In this document: piece after piece, positions 30,667-42,004 of the stretch
Position numbering within the stretch: the stretch's first letter is position 1
Layout of the letters: each line of letters starts with the position of its first letter
Assembly: GCA_030427825.1 (NCBI GenBank)
Contig: JAUICO010000002.1
Span: forward strand, 25,634-89,633
From: a bacterium
GTDB taxonomy: Bacteria; Myxococcota_A; Bradymonadia; REDH01
Length of the DNA stretch: 64,000 nucleotides
Direction: 5' to 3'
The notes under the pieces: model-generated
Database searches by the model: none
What the model saw: the letters and a program-made list of their open reading frames with translations, nothing else
Told to the model about the DNA's origin: nothing
Made by a program: the position numbers and the translations under genes

Positions 30667-31287
30667 TCATCGAGGGGCGGGGCCGACGCCGATCGTGTCG
30701 ATGACGGCATCGAGGCGGGCCGCGAGCTCTTCTTCGCCGGGGTAGGTCTGGCGATATCCAACCAGGGTTTTTCCGCTCTCCTCAAGGGCGAACGCGCGCA
30801 CCCGGGCGCGGGTCGCGCCGGCGCGAATCGAGAAGGTGTAGCCTACAGCGCTCTGTCCCATGACCTGCAGAATGCCGGGCGTGGGATCGATGCGAGCCGC
30901 GTCCGGGAACGCGGCCTGTACGCCCGCGACGACCTGATCGAGGGCGAGCTGCGTATTCGTTCGTCCCTGCGGGTCATCAATCTGGAGGGCGTGATGAAAG
31001 ACCGAGACAGAGAGAAAGGACTCGCCGGCGCGGTTTCCGGTGGCCGCATCGATCGGCGAAAAGGTGATGATGTCGACCTCGCCTTCAGGGGCGCGATGCT
31101 GTGAGTGCTCGAGGACCACACCGGGGCCCGGTGTAAAGTGCAGACCGCCTGCCTCGAAGACCTGGGGGCCGTCCTCCTCGCTCTCTTCCGGTGTCGCCTC
31201 GCATCCGAAGCTCAAGAGCATCAGTGCGATTGCGCTCAGGCTGATGGCGAGGGCGCGGGAGCCGGGGTGTTGGGGTCGGTTCATCAT
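30667..31287 (-). CDS. Hypothetical lipoprotein (possibly PsbP/DcrB-like fold)
   Basis: GGAG RBS and lipobox LSFGC. Confidence 0.65.
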   Translation of the reverse strand: MMNRPQHPGSRALAISLSAIALMLLSFGCEATPEESEEDGPQVFEAGGLHFTPGPGVVLEHSQHRAPEGEVDIITFSPIDAATGNRAGESFLSVSVFHHALQIDDPQGRTNTQLALDQVVAGVQAAFPDAARIDPTPGILQVMGQSAVGYTFSIRAGATRARVRAFALEESGKTLVGYRQTYPGEEELAARLDAVIDTIGVGPAPR

Positions 31288-31428
31288 CGCTTCTCCATGG
31301 GGAGTTGGGGCTCCTACAACGCCACGTGCGCGTCGTCACTGCCCCAGCCGGTCACACGCGCAGCGTCACTGGCGCAAAATCGCTGTCGCAGCAATACCGG
31401 CCGGGATCGATCGCCGGGACACGGACGC

Positions 31429-31465
31429 AAAGAAGCGCCGCCGCCCGAAGGCAAAGCGACGCTTC
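31429..31465 (-). terminator. Probable intrinsic terminator after the aquaporin gene
   Basis: Minus strand GAAGCGUCGCUUUGCC-UUCG-GGCGGCGGCGCUUC-UUU: long stem, cUUCGg loop, short U tract. Confidence 0.55.
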
Positions 31466-31480
31466 GAGTGGCTGCACTTC

Positions 31481-32197
31481 CTACTCTTCAGCTGCGTCGT
31501 CGTCGCTGAACAGGAAGAGAGATACGCCGCCTGCCAGTGCGCCACCGATCATCGGGGCGGGCAGGAAGCAGAGGAAGAACTGTCCGATCATCTTGAACTC
31601 ACCCTCGAAAATCGCCGGTCCCAGACTTCGTGCCGGGTTCACCGAAGTACCAGTGATCGGAATTCCAACAAGATGAACGGCGACCAGAGCAAAGCCGATG
31701 GCGATGCCTGCGAACGCCGCGTTCGCTTTCTTCGCGGTTGCACCGAGCACGACCATCACGAAAATGAAAGTGAGCATGATCTCGGCGACGAAGCACGAGG
31801 CATAGGTAAACGCCCCTTCTTCATGCCCGTAGGTATTCGCGCCCATCGTTGTGATGCTGCCTGCGCCCTTCGCGATCAGCCACAGCGTAAACGCGCCGAC
31901 GATGCCGCCGACGAACTGTGCTCCGACGTATGTCGCGGCGGTCACAGGAGTGATGCGCCCGCTGATGGCCGCCCCCAGGGTGACTGCCGGGTTCACGTGG
32001 CAGCCTGAGATCGGGCCGATCGAATATGCCAGCATTAACACTGCGAGCCCGAAGGCCATCGCGATGCCGAGGATGCTGAATCCCGGCCCTCGCCCGCCGC
32101 TTTGGACGAAGGCGACGACGGAGCCGCAACCGATGATGACGAGGATCGCCGTGCCCATAAACTCGGCGAATATCGCCTTTGCGTTGATACCATCCAT
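31481..32197 (-). CDS. aqpZ: Aquaporin (MIP family, AqpZ-like)
   Basis: AEFMGT, SGCHVNPAVT and GTSVNPARS (two NPA boxes). Confidence 0.9.
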   Translation of the reverse strand: MDGINAKAIFAEFMGTAILVIIGCGSVVAFVQSGGRGPGFSILGIAMAFGLAVLMLAYSIGPISGCHVNPAVTLGAAISGRITPVTAATYVGAQFVGGIVGAFTLWLIAKGAGSITTMGANTYGHEEGAFTYASCFVAEIMLTFIFVMVVLGATAKKANAAFAGIAIGFALVAVHLVGIPITGTSVNPARSLGPAIFEGEFKMIGQFFLCFLPAPMIGGALAGGVSLFLFSDDDAAEE

Positions 32198-32655
32198 GTT
32201 GCGCCTCCCGCAGAATATGTCGCGTGATGCCGACCGGCACCACCACGTGGTCAGGGCCTCCTTAGATCAGAGTGCGCCCCATTGCGCAATATCAGACGTC
32301 AGGCACGCCGTTTCGCCGGCACCCGGCGACCGGGGCGCGATCAAGGCCCGCAGACATCGTCCCGGGCAGCGTGCCGGTCCGGGCTGATGGTACGGGGGCG
32401 GCCTGCTTGTATGCCGCAGCAGCATGGATGCCAGTTGAATGCAGCAGCTCCCCGTCATTCTTACCCGGCCGTGGGAATAGGCTGCCCACTACCGTGACTT
32501 GCAGTCATGCGATCGATCGGTGCCCGATCTGACGGACGACGTCAGGCCCGGTACGCGCTGACGACCGCTATGCTAACAAGACTACGAACGGATTGGCCGG
32601 GTTGCCTCGGTGCCTCGTTCCGCTGAGATTTTCGCGCCCGACACACCTGGTTGCT

Positions 32656-34065
32656 GTGCCCCTTCGCTCACTCATCATCGCCGTGGGACTCGTTCTGTGC
32701 GGGTGCGGCGCCCGCCACACGGTCCGAGCGGAGGCCGTTGTCGAGGCCCCCGAGGCGTTCTCGGCAGCCGTGCAATCCGGCATCGAGCCCCTCGACGAGC
32801 GTTGGTGGACCGCGTTCGATGATCCGGGCCTGAATGAGGTTGTTGACGCCGCGCTGGACCAGAACCTTGCGTTGCGGGCCGCGTACGAGCGCATCCGCGC
32901 CGCCGACGCAGTGGTCGCGCGCGAGCGCGGTGGTCGCCGTCCCGAGGTCGATGCCACAGCGTCGGCCGGCTATGGACCGTCGCAGTTTGAACGGGACGGA
33001 TGGCGCGCAGGCGTGGGCATGCAGGCCAGCTACGAGATTGACCTCTGGGGACGTGTACGCGCCGGCGTGCGGGCAGAACAGGCCCGTGCCGATGCGATAG
33101 CCGCAGACTACGAAGCCGCCGCGATCAGCCTTGCGGCAGAGACCTCGCTCGCCTGGTTGCAGCTTGCCGCGTTTGAAGAGATCCTCGCCACGATCGACGA
33201 ACAGCTCGCCCTCAACGAGACTACGTTGCGCCTGCTTGAGCGCCGGTTTGAAGGCGGCGCCGGCAACGCATCCGAGGTGCTTCGGCAACGCGCTCTGGTC
33301 TCGTCGACGCAGCAGGAACGGGATATCACGCGGACCGATCGGGACGTCGCCGCGCAGGCCCTCACTGTCCTGCTCGGCCGGCCATCGGCGACGCCGCCAA
33401 CATACCCGCCCGCATTGCCGGTTCTGCCTGCGCTGCCCGAAGCCGGCGTTCCCGGAGAGGTCATCGCGCGACGTCCTGATGTGCGTCGCGCGCTCTTCGA
33501 GCTCGAAGCTGCGGAGCAGGACGCGGCGGTCGCGGCCGCGGAGCGCCTGCCGCGGTTCTCGCTGACCGCCGGCTTGAACAGCGGCACCTCGGGCGCCGAG
33601 AACATCTTCCGTGAATGGACCCTATCCGTGCTGGGCGGGGTGCTGGCGCCGATATTTCACGGGGGCGCCCTGCGCGCAGAGCAGGAACGCGCCGTCGCTG
33701 TCAGGGACGAGCGCTGGTACACATACGGCGAAGCGGTCCTGGCGGCGCTCGTGGATGTCGAAACCGCAATCGCCCGTGAGCGGGGCGAGATCGTGCGGGC
33801 AGACTGGCTGCACGAGCGCGTCACCCTGCTGACCGCAGCGCTGGGTCAGCTTGAGCACCAGTTCTTCAACGGCACGGCGGACTACATCGACGTGCTGACC
33901 GCGCGCGGCGAATTGCAGCGGCTTGAGCGCGAGTTGATAGTGTCCCGGTGGGATCAGCTGAACCACCGCGTCGCGCTGTACCGCGCGATCGCCGGCGGAA
34001 TTACCGAGGCGTCCACCGGCACACCAACCGGAGCGCCTCCCGACGACCCTTCTCAGGAGCCGTAG
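32656..34065 (+). CDS. RND efflux outer-membrane lipoprotein (OprM/NodT family)
   Basis: Lipobox LCGC; WWTAFDDPGLN, SYEIDLWG, RRPDV and LYRAIAGG motifs. Start uncertain (32593-32656). Confidence 0.92.
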   Translation: MPLRSLIIAVGLVLCGCGARHTVRAEAVVEAPEAFSAAVQSGIEPLDERWWTAFDDPGLNEVVDAALDQNLALRAAYERIRAADAVVARERGGRRPEVDATASAGYGPSQFERDGWRAGVGMQASYEIDLWGRVRAGVRAEQARADAIAADYEAAAISLAAETSLAWLQLAAFEEILATIDEQLALNETTLRLLERRFEGGAGNASEVLRQRALVSSTQQERDITRTDRDVAAQALTVLLGRPSATPPTYPPALPVLPALPEAGVPGEVIARRPDVRRALFELEAAEQDAAVAAAERLPRFSLTAGLNSGTSGAENIFREWTLSVLGGVLAPIFHGGALRAEQERAVAVRDERWYTYGEAVLAALVDVETAIARERGEIVRADWLHERVTLLTAALGQLEHQFFNGTADYIDVLTARGELQRLERELIVSRWDQLNHRVALYRAIAGGITEASTGTPTGAPPDDPSQEP

Positions 34066-35235
34066 ATGCGCCTCGTCGTTTCCCTCATACTCTGCGCTGC
34101 CATCGTCGTGGGCGGTGTGCTCGCCACGAAGTTCATCTTCGCGACGGAGCCGGTCGCCGAACGCTACGGTGCCGTGCGGCGCACTGCGATGCTCGTCGAA
34201 GTCACGGCCCCTGAGCACGGCACCTTTTCGCCGACGATCAAGGGCCTGGGCACGGTCGAGGCGTCACAGACGCTCTCGCTGAGCTCACGCATCGCCGGCC
34301 GCGTCACAGAGGTGGCTGACTCTCTGGTACCCGGCGGTGAAGTCGCTGCTTCGGACCTCCTGGTTACACTCGACCGCGAAGACTATCGCAACGTACTCGA
34401 ACAACGACGCGCCGAGCTGGCGCAGGCAGGCGCCGATCTGCGGATCGAGGAAGGCCGCGGAAACGTAGCAAACTACGACCTTGAGGTGGTGGGCGTGAAC
34501 GTCGCGGACGACGACCGCGACCTCGTGCTGCGCGAGCCGCAATACGCCGCTGCCGAAGCTCGAGTCGACGCTGCGCGGGCAGCCCTCCGTCAGGCCGATC
34601 AAGACCTGCGGCGCACGCGAATCTCGGCTCCCTTTGACGCACATGTGCTGCGCCGGGACGTCGAGGTCGGCGCACAGGTGAGCGCCGGGCAGCCTCTCGC
34701 GGAGCTGATCGGCATTGATGAGTTCTGGGTGATGGTGACGGTGCCGCAGGCCAGGCTCCCGTGGCTGGCGCTGGGGCGGAACGCCCCGGGAAGCAGGGCG
34801 ACGGTTCGCCTGCGTGACTGGCCGGAAGGTACGGTTCGTGAAGGCCGCGCGGTGCGCGTTGTGGGCGCACTCGATGAGACCACACGACTGGCGCGGGTCG
34901 TCGTCGAAGTACAGGACCCTTTGGCTCGTTCTCCCGAGAACGCTGCTCTCGAGCCGCTGATGGTCGGCGCCTTTGTAGAGGTTGAGATGGAGGCGGTTCA
35001 GGTAGAGGACGTCGTCAGAATCCCCCGCGATTACGTACGGGCCGGGGACACGGTTTGGGAGATGGATTCCGACGACCTTCTACAGATCCGCGAGGTGGAC
35101 ATCGTGTTTGAAGACGATGACTGGGCGTACATCAGCGTAGGCCTTTCGCCGGACGCCCGGGTCGTGACATCGAACCTCGCAACCGTGCGTGCCGGCGCCG
35201 AGCTACGTTTGAGTTCGGATGGGGAAGCGCTGTGA
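34066..35235 (+). CDS. RND efflux periplasmic adaptor (MFP) subunit
   Basis: N-terminal TM, G.V..., coiled-coil hairpin, RTRISAPFD and GAFVEV motifs. Confidence 0.92.
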   Translation: MRLVVSLILCAAIVVGGVLATKFIFATEPVAERYGAVRRTAMLVEVTAPEHGTFSPTIKGLGTVEASQTLSLSSRIAGRVTEVADSLVPGGEVAASDLLVTLDREDYRNVLEQRRAELAQAGADLRIEEGRGNVANYDLEVVGVNVADDDRDLVLREPQYAAAEARVDAARAALRQADQDLRRTRISAPFDAHVLRRDVEVGAQVSAGQPLAELIGIDEFWVMVTVPQARLPWLALGRNAPGSRATVRLRDWPEGTVREGRAVRVVGALDETTRLARVVVEVQDPLARSPENAALEPLMVGAFVEVEMEAVQVEDVVRIPRDYVRAGDTVWEMDSDDLLQIREVDIVFEDDDWAYISVGLSPDARVVTSNLATVRAGAELRLSSDGEAL

Positions 35236-38200
35236 GCGACAAGACGATGCCGCACGCGAACGGGCCCATCGCGTTTATGGCCCACAACCCGATCGCGGCC
35301 AATCTGTTGATGGTCATCCTGCTGGCCGGCGGCTTGTGGACGATGGCCAACATCCAGAAAGAGGTGATTCCCGAGTACGCCCTCGACATGGTCGAAATCG
35401 AGGTCGGGTACCCGGGGGCTGCGCCCACCGAGGTTGAGCAGGGCATCTTGCGTCCGATCGAGGCCGCAATACGCGGCATCGACGGCATCTCCGAGGTGAC
35501 CTCAACCGCCCGTGAAGGCCGCGGCAGCGTCTCCGTTGAGCTGGTGTCCGGCACGGACCGCATGAAAGCGTTTCAGGACATCGATCAGGCGGTCAGCCGG
35601 ATCCGGACCTTCCCGGATGACATTGACCAGCCTGAGGTCGCGTTGGCATCCAACCAACGTCAGGTCCTGGTCGTCTCGCTCTATGGTCCGCTCGACATCT
35701 GGGAGCTTCGCCAGACCGGCGAAAGCGTTCGCGATACGCTGCTCAGTACGCCCGGAATCACGCAGGTCGAGCTCCGCGAGATGCCCGGCTACGTCACCCA
35801 CGTCGAGATCGAGCATGACACGCTCCGAGAGTACGGCCTCACCCTTGACCAGGTCAGCGCGGCGATCGCGCAGGCAAGCACCGACGTGCCGGCCGGGTCC
35901 ATTGAGACGGCAGGCGGCGAGATTCTGCTGCGTGTGCAGGAGCGCAAGCAGTGGGCCGACGAGTTCGCCGAAATTGAAGTGCTCTCGTCGCACAGCGGTG
36001 GTCGGGTTCTGCTCGGTGACATCGCGACTGTGCGAGACGACTTCGAAGAGGCAGGATTTTTCGGCGAGTTTAACCGCAATCCGGCTGTCGATATTCGAGT
36101 GTATCGGGTCGGTGATCAGTCGCCGATCGAGGTCGCAGATGCCGTCATCGACACCATGGAGTCGCTGGCGGCAACGCTGCCGCCGGGGCTCGACTACCGT
36201 ATCGATAACAACGCGGCCGACGACTATCGCGAACGCCTCGATCTGCTGACCGAGAACGCCCTCACCGCCATCATCATCGTCTTCTTCGTGCTGGCGCTGT
36301 TCCTCGAGCTCCGCCTCGCGTTCTGGGTGATGATGGGGATGTTGATTTCGTTCGTCGGAGCGTTTGTCTTCATGCCGATGGTCGATCTGACCGTGAACAT
36401 GGTCTCGATGTTCGGCTTTCTGTTGGTTCTCGGCATTGTTGTCGACGACGCGATCGTCGTTGGCGAAAACGTGCACGAGTACCGTGAGAAGGGGATGACG
36501 CCGATTCAGGCGGCGATCCAGGGGACCCGTGACATGGCACGACCGGTGATCTTCGCGATCCTCACCAACATCATCGCGTTCGTGCCACTGCTGATGATCC
36601 CGGGAGTGAGCGGCAAGTACTGGCGTCCGATTCCACTTGTGGTGATCATCGTGCTGCTGGTCTCCCTGGCCGAAGCGCTGTTCATTCTTCCGGCGCATCT
36701 CGCGCACGCGAAAGAGCCGCGCAAGCACGGTCCGCTGGCATGGATCGCAAGGCTCCGGCTGGCGTTTTCGCGGGGCTTCGAGCGGGCCGTCGTGGCCGTC
36801 TACAGGCCGATATTGCGCGTTGCCGTCAGGTATCGATACGTGACGATTACAGGCGCGGTGACATTGCTGACGATTGTCGGCGCCTACGCGAAGTCTGATC
36901 ACATGGGCACCGTGCTGATGCCCGAGAGCGCGGCCGACGAGATCGAGGCCGGCGTACGGCTACCGGTAGGCGCAACGGTCGAGCAGGCGGAGTCGATGGC
37001 GCGTAGCGTGACCGAGGCGACGCACCGGATGTTCGAGCGGCACAACCTGTTTGAGCAGGCTGAGGGCATCAAGACAAATGTTCGCGGATCGAGCTTTATC
37101 GATGTTGAGTTGGTGCTCCGACCCCCGAATCAGCGCACGATGACCGCTCAGGAGATTATCGAACTGTGGCGCGACGAAATTGGGGACATTCCGGGCGTCA
37201 GCCAGATCACTTTTGAGGCGGAGCGGGGACCGGGCGGGCACCGAAAAGATATCGAAGTGGACCTCAGCCACAGCGACCTCGCGATGCTCGAAGGGGCGAC
37301 ACACGCCTTCGTCGCCGCGCTTGAGCAGTACGCCTCGGCGCGGGACATTTCCGACAACTACAACGCAGGCAAGCAGCAGCTGGATGTGCGCCTGCGCGAC
37401 GAGGGCCGGCGCCTGGGCCTGACCGCCGCGTCGGTTGGCAGACAGCTCCGCAGCGCCTTCTACGGCGACCTCGCGATTCGTGAACTCCGCGGCACCAACG
37501 AGTTCGAGGTGCGTGTTCGCCTGCCGCGTGAGGAGCGACTCGACGCGCGCTATCTTGAGTCATTCATCGTACGGACGCCGGACGGCGTCGAGGTACCTCT
37601 GCTCGAAGTCGCAGAGCTGACACCCACCGCAGCCTTCAACTCGATCGACCGTCGAGGTGGACGGCGCGCTGTCACGGTCGCGCTCAATGCCCAGCCTGCG
37701 AACGCAGCGACGCAGCTGGTCGCCGCCATTTCAGAAGATGTGCTGCCCGGCATACGCGACCAGTATCCCGGTCTGACCTGGGTCTTCAACGGCAGCCAGG
37801 CAGAGATGCGCGAGTCCACCCGCTCTCTCTATGGCGGCTTTGGCCTCGCCCTGTTCGCTATCTACGCGCTCCTCGCCGTCGCTCTTGGCAGCTATGTCCA
37901 GCCGCTTATCGTCATGGGCGCGATCCCCTTTGGAATCGTCGGCGCCGTTCTCGGTCACATGCTGCTCGGCCACGACCTGTCCCTGGTCAGCGTGATGGGT
38001 GTCATCGCGCTCTCGGGGGTGGTGTTGAACGACTCGCTCATCATGGTCGACTACGCCAACAAGCACCGCGGCGACCGCTCGGTGGTTGATGCCATCGCCA
38101 ACGCCGGCGTTCGCCGCTTTCGCCCCATCATGCTCACGACCCTGACAACCTTCGGAGGTCTCGCGCCCATCATTGCGGAGACGTCAGCGCAGGCACGGCA

Positions 38201-38369
38201 GTTGATTCCGATGGCGATCTCACTTGGCTTCGGGATCGTTTTCGCCACCGCGATCATCCTTGTGATTGTGCCGTGCCTGTATGTCGCGGTTGACGACGTT
38301 GCGCAGCTGTTGCGCCGGTTGTCAGGCATGAACCCGCTCGCTGACGCGGAGGCAGAGAGCGCGTCGTAG
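35232..38369 (+). CDS. RND efflux permease (AcrB/AcrD/AcrF family)
   Basis: [31 protein letters not shown] and [12 protein letters not shown] motifs; 1045 aa. Confidence 0.95.
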   Translation: MSDKTMPHANGPIAFMAHNPIAANLLMVILLAGGLWTMANIQKEVIPEYALDMVEIEVGYPGAAPTEVEQGILRPIEAAIRGIDGISEVTSTAREGRGSVSVELVSGTDRMKAFQDIDQAVSRIRTFPDDIDQPEVALASNQRQVLVVSLYGPLDIWELRQTGESVRDTLLSTPGITQVELREMPGYVTHVEIEHDTLREYGLTLDQVSAAIAQASTDVPAGSIETAGGEILLRVQERKQWADEFAEIEVLSSHSGGRVLLGDIATVRDDFEEAGFFGEFNRNPAVDIRVYRVGDQSPIEVADAVIDTMESLAATLPPGLDYRIDNNAADDYRERLDLLTENALTAIIIVFFVLALFLELRLAFWVMMGMLISFVGAFVFMPMVDLTVNMVSMFGFLLVLGIVVDDAIVVGENVHEYREKGMTPIQAAIQGTRDMARPVIFAILTNIIAFVPLLMIPGVSGKYWRPIPLVVIIVLLVSLAEALFILPAHLAHAKEPRKHGPLAWIARLRLAFSRGFERAVVAVYRPILRVAVRYRYVTITGAVTLLTIVGAYAKSDHMGTVLMPESAADEIEAGVRLPVGATVEQAESMARSVTEATHRMFERHNLFEQAEGIKTNVRGSSFIDVELVLRPPNQRTMTAQEIIELWRDEIGDIPGVSQITFEAERGPGGHRKDIEVDLSHSDLAMLEGATHAFVAALEQYASARDISDNYNAGKQQLDVRLRDEGRRLGLTAASVGRQLRSAFYGDLAIRELRGTNEFEVRVRLPREERLDARYLESFIVRTPDGVEVPLLEVAELTPTAAFNSIDRRGGRRAVTVALNAQPANAATQLVAAISEDVLPGIRDQYPGLTWVFNGSQAEMRESTRSLYGGFGLALFAIYALLAVALGSYVQPLIVMGAIPFGIVGAVLGHMLLGHDLSLVSVMGVIALSGVVLNDSLIMVDYANKHRGDRSVVDAIANAGVRRFRPIMLTTLTTFGGLAPIIAETSAQARQLIPMAISLGFGIVFATAIILVIVPCLYVAVDDVAQLLRRLSGMNPLADAEAESAS

Positions 38370-38557
38370 CGGCTCCGCGCATGCCACGGCACGCCACAAC
38401 GAGCAGGGAGCAGGCGAACTTCGCCGTTGGCCCCCACACCATAGTGCCACGGCCATGTGCGCCCGCGCGCTTCCTTCAACCGCGCACCGCGCGCCGAACG
38501 GGCAGTCACGAGCACACACTGCGCCCCACTGCGCAATCATCATCCCACTCAGAGCAG

Positions 38558-40078
38558 CTACTGCTGGATGCGGTCCAGGCGCTGCTGCACCTCGGCCGGA
38601 CTGTAGGCGCCGTTGCCGCTGGTTGCGCGTACGCGCTGCACCGCGTCCTCCAGCTCGTCGGCGGCAAGGGGCGCCGCCAGCTCGTCAGCCGTTGCCTCAC
38701 GACCCTCGGCGCGCGCGGCTTCGATGCGGCGGGCCTGCACCTCGCGGACCACACTCAACAGCGTCTCGTCGACGGCGAAGAGTCCCGCGGCCGGGGAATA
38801 CTCCGCGCCACAGGCGTACTGTCCGCCCTGCACACTGATGCCTCGCGTACTCCGGACACGGTACACTCCGCCGGCGACCGTGAGCCCATGCACACTTCCT
38901 GCGTTCAGTGTTCCTGCCCACACCTGCTCGCCGTCCCGAAGGTCCGTCACGGTGACGTCACTGCCGTCAAAGTAGGAGAATACCCACAGCTCAGCCGGTG
39001 TCGGCAGAATGAAGTCGTTCTCGATGCCCGTTCCTTCGCCGCCCATGCTGAAGTGATGCTCAGCATAGCCGCCGCTGGCTTCGATCTCTGCGAGAGGCGC
39101 CACATAGGCACTGATGTCGACATCCGATGTAATCTCTACGTGACGGCGAATCAGCGTGAGGTTGTGGGCGGTTCCTGCTTCGAGCACGCCGGCCCAGATT
39201 TCGCTGCCGTCATTGATGTCACGCACACGCACATTTGCGTCAGTATAGTACGAGATCAGGGCGAGGTCGTTTCGCCCCTGGGTGATGTCACCCACATACG
39301 TATAGAAGCGTGTTCCCGACGCTCTGCCGTCTTCTGACGGGACGGCAAAGCCCTCATCGTAGTATACCTGCACCGCGACATTCGCCGCTTCGGCCTCAAT
39401 GTGCAGCACCTGGTTGGCCATCCCGCCCAGCGCCGGTGACAGAATCTCGTGGTAGGATCCTCGTTCAATCGAGCCGGACCACACTTCGGTGCCGGTCGTT
39501 TGATTGCGAATCGTGACCTGTGTGTCATCCCAGGACCACACAATTACCCGCGCGTCAGCCGCCGAGATCGAACTCGGGAGCTGCGTGAAGAAATCGTCGC
39601 CGCGAAATGCGCCTTCCTGATCGCGTACCCAGTAGCCGACCGCTGTGCATGCGGAGGGGGTGCCGACCAGAATAGCGGCCTTCTTGTCGGCGAGGAAACC
39701 AAACACGCCGGCCCCCGTGGGGATCAGCTGCGTCTCGCCGCGCTCTACGGTTCCGTGCCAGATGGTGCCGCCGTCAGCGACGCTCACGATACGTACGTTC
39801 GTGCCGTTCTCATAGCCGTGTACGACAGCTTCTGCGGCCGTGTAGAAGTACGTAGTGTAGAAAAGTTCACCCGAATCGGAGGAAGCGCCGGCCTCGGGTC
39901 CGGGCACCTGCGCCGGCGGTTCACTGCTCGTGCCGTCGCCGACAACGGCGACACTCGATGCGCCTGTGACCGGCTCGATGGGAGGCGAGTCGTCGGCCAT
40001 CGCCGCGACACATGCCGATAAGAGAATGCCCAGCGAAAGCGCGGCGGTGAAACGAAGTACAGACGTCCGAACGGTCAT
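38558..40078 (-). CDS. Secreted/lipoprotein with four internal beta-rich repeats (IgGFc-binding-like)
   Basis: Signal peptide with LLSAC and four copies of V.(I/V)......G..(I/V)W.G.(L/V)..G. Confidence 0.7.
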   Translation of the reverse strand: MTVRTSVLRFTAALSLGILLSACVAAMADDSPPIEPVTGASSVAVVGDGTSSEPPAQVPGPEAGASSDSGELFYTTYFYTAAEAVVHGYENGTNVRIVSVADGGTIWHGTVERGETQLIPTGAGVFGFLADKKAAILVGTPSACTAVGYWVRDQEGAFRGDDFFTQLPSSISAADARVIVWSWDDTQVTIRNQTTGTEVWSGSIERGSYHEILSPALGGMANQVLHIEAEAANVAVQVYYDEGFAVPSEDGRASGTRFYTYVGDITQGRNDLALISYYTDANVRVRDINDGSEIWAGVLEAGTAHNLTLIRRHVEITSDVDISAYVAPLAEIEASGGYAEHHFSMGGEGTGIENDFILPTPAELWVFSYFDGSDVTVTDLRDGEQVWAGTLNAGSVHGLTVAGGVYRVRSTRGISVQGGQYACGAEYSPAAGLFAVDETLLSVVREVQARRIEAARAEGREATADELAAPLAADELEDAVQRVRATSGNGAYSPAEVQQRLDRIQQ

Positions 40079-40158
40079 TGTGTGTCCCCAGAACTGAGAT
40101 TGGTAGAGCGTGCAGCTGTGCGCCGCTCAAGCTCAAACGGGGGACCTCACAGATCGTT

Positions 40159-40926
40159 TCAGCCGTTGACGCGAAAGACGCGGAGGGTGACGGGCCAGAC
40201 CACATCGCGCGCTCGCCCGGGATCACCCCACGCAGCCGCAAACTCCCCGGCGACGATGGAATAGGGATCGTGTCCCCGGGCCGCCCGGTAGCGCTTCGCC
40301 GCGGACCAGGTTCCCAGGTAGCCGGCGTACTCCTCGAGGGTCCACGACAGCCGCATCACAAAAGGCGGCACCGCATCGAGCTCGTCGAAGGGCAGATCGA
40401 TGTCCGCATAGCGAGCGACGACGTGGCTGCGTTCTGCGGGCCAGTACGGGCCTACGACCTCGGAGTAGTAGCGCACGAATACGGCGTCGATCTCGGGGCT
40501 GACCTCCGAAAAGGAATAGGAGATGAGCGCGAGCAGCCCGTTGGGCCTCAGGACGCGCTGCACTTCGTCATAGAATCGCCGATGATCAAACCAGTGAAAG
40601 GCCTGCGCCACCGTGACCAGATCGCAGCTCGCCGAATCCAGGCCGGATGCCTCAGCGGGAGCGACCGCGAAGCGAAGGCCCACCGACGGCGCATCATCGT
40701 CCTCCAACGCGTTTCGGATCTGTTCCGGGCTGGCGTCTGTCGCGGTTACGCGGGCAAAGTAGGGCGTCAGCAGACGCGCGGCCTGCCCGTTTCCCGTCCC
40801 GCAGTCCAGCGCGTGCTCTGTCCTCGGTGCTATCGACGCAAGCCACGCGAAGAGCTCGGCGGGGTAGCCGGGTCGGTACCTGCGGTACTCGTCAGCATGG
40901 CCTGAGAAGTGGTCCTTAAATCCCAA
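40159..40926 (-). CDS. Class I SAM-dependent methyltransferase
   Basis: FKDHFS..A..Y..YRPGYP, LDCGTGNGQ and VAQAFHWFD motifs. GGAGG RBS. Confidence 0.92.
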   Translation of the reverse strand: MGFKDHFSGHADEYRRYRPGYPAELFAWLASIAPRTEHALDCGTGNGQAARLLTPYFARVTATDASPEQIRNALEDDDAPSVGLRFAVAPAEASGLDSASCDLVTVAQAFHWFDHRRFYDEVQRVLRPNGLLALISYSFSEVSPEIDAVFVRYYSEVVGPYWPAERSHVVARYADIDLPFDELDAVPPFVMRLSWTLEEYAGYLGTWSAAKRYRAARGHDPYSIVAGEFAAAWGDPGRARDVVWPVTLRVFRVNG

Positions 40927-41107
40927 ACCTGCCTCCCGGTGTCAGCGACCGGGACAGCCTGTACGCGGCCTTTCCGTGACGGTCGAGGGGGCGAAAGCCC
41001 GCTCGCGGAGCGCGGGGCAGAGCCTCGCACACTCGAATCCACATCATTGACGCCATGCGTCATTCGTACCACATGAAGCCCCTGCATTCGACAAAAGGAG
41101 AGCTGTT

Positions 41108-41992
41108 GTGGCGATGCCGACCGGTGTGGGAGCGATTGACCTGATGATGAACATCCCCGGCTCTGATCAGAAGAGCTGGTACGAGTTCATGAAGCCTCTG
41201 TTTCTCGATTACGAGAGCCGGAACGTGTTCGAGTTTCCCGCTCAATACATGTTCCGAAATGTGCCGAAGATCGAGGAGTGCGGCGACTACGTCGAGTACA
41301 CCATCCAGCAGATGGACCTCTGGGGCGTCGAGCGAGCGATGCTCGGTATCGACTACGCAACCACGATCAACATGGAGGCGGTCAAGCGTTACCCGAAGCG
41401 CTTCATCCCGACCCTCGGTGTGAACCCGAACAACGCGATGGAAGAGGTCCGTAAGATCGAGCGCTTTCACAAAGAGTTCGGCATCAAGTCGCTGACCGGT
41501 TTCCCATCCGGTCTCTGCCCGCAGGTTCCGCTCAACGACAAGCGCTGGTATCCCATCTACGCGAAGTGTGTGGAGCTGGACCTGCCAATACAGCTCTGTG
41601 TCGGTGTGCCCGGTCCGCGCATCCCGATGGCACCTCAGAAGGTCGAGTTGATCGACGAGGTGTGCTGGTTCTTCCCCGAGCTGAAGTTTGTCATGCGCCA
41701 TGGCGCAGAGCCGTGGACCGAGCTCGCCGTGAAGCTGATGCTCAAGTACCCGAACCTGTACTACTGCACGAGCGCGTTTGCGCCGCGACACTACCCTAAG
41801 GCGATCATCGACTACGCAAACACACGCGGGTCCGACAAGATCATGTATGCCGGGTACTTTCCGATGGGCCTCTCGCTGGAGCGCATCTTCACCGACATGA
41901 AGCAGGTCCCTTTCAAAGACAATGTGTGGCCGAAGTTCCTGCGCGAGAATGCACTCCGCGTGTTTGGTTTGGATGACACAGACGGCGAGTGA
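41108..41992 (+). CDS. Amidohydrolase_2 family protein
   Basis: YPIYAKCVELDLPI, FPELKFVMRHG.EPW and NALRVF motifs. AAAGGAG RBS. Confidence 0.88.
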   Translation: MAMPTGVGAIDLMMNIPGSDQKSWYEFMKPLFLDYESRNVFEFPAQYMFRNVPKIEECGDYVEYTIQQMDLWGVERAMLGIDYATTINMEAVKRYPKRFIPTLGVNPNNAMEEVRKIERFHKEFGIKSLTGFPSGLCPQVPLNDKRWYPIYAKCVELDLPIQLCVGVPGPRIPMAPQKVELIDEVCWFFPELKFVMRHGAEPWTELAVKLMLKYPNLYYCTSAFAPRHYPKAIIDYANTRGSDKIMYAGYFPMGLSLERIFTDMKQVPFKDNVWPKFLRENALRVFGLDDTDGE

Positions 41993-42004
41993 CGGGGTTC
42001 TCAG

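Noticed and set aside
32656-38369. RND pump as part of a novel system
   Set aside because: Ordinary OMF-MFP-RND operon with no link to its neighbours visible from sequence
40984-41005. GNRA-capped hairpin (GGGC-GAAA-GCCC) between divergent genes as a possible ncRNA or REP
   Set aside because: Single short hairpin with no second copy noticed in the window and no family features
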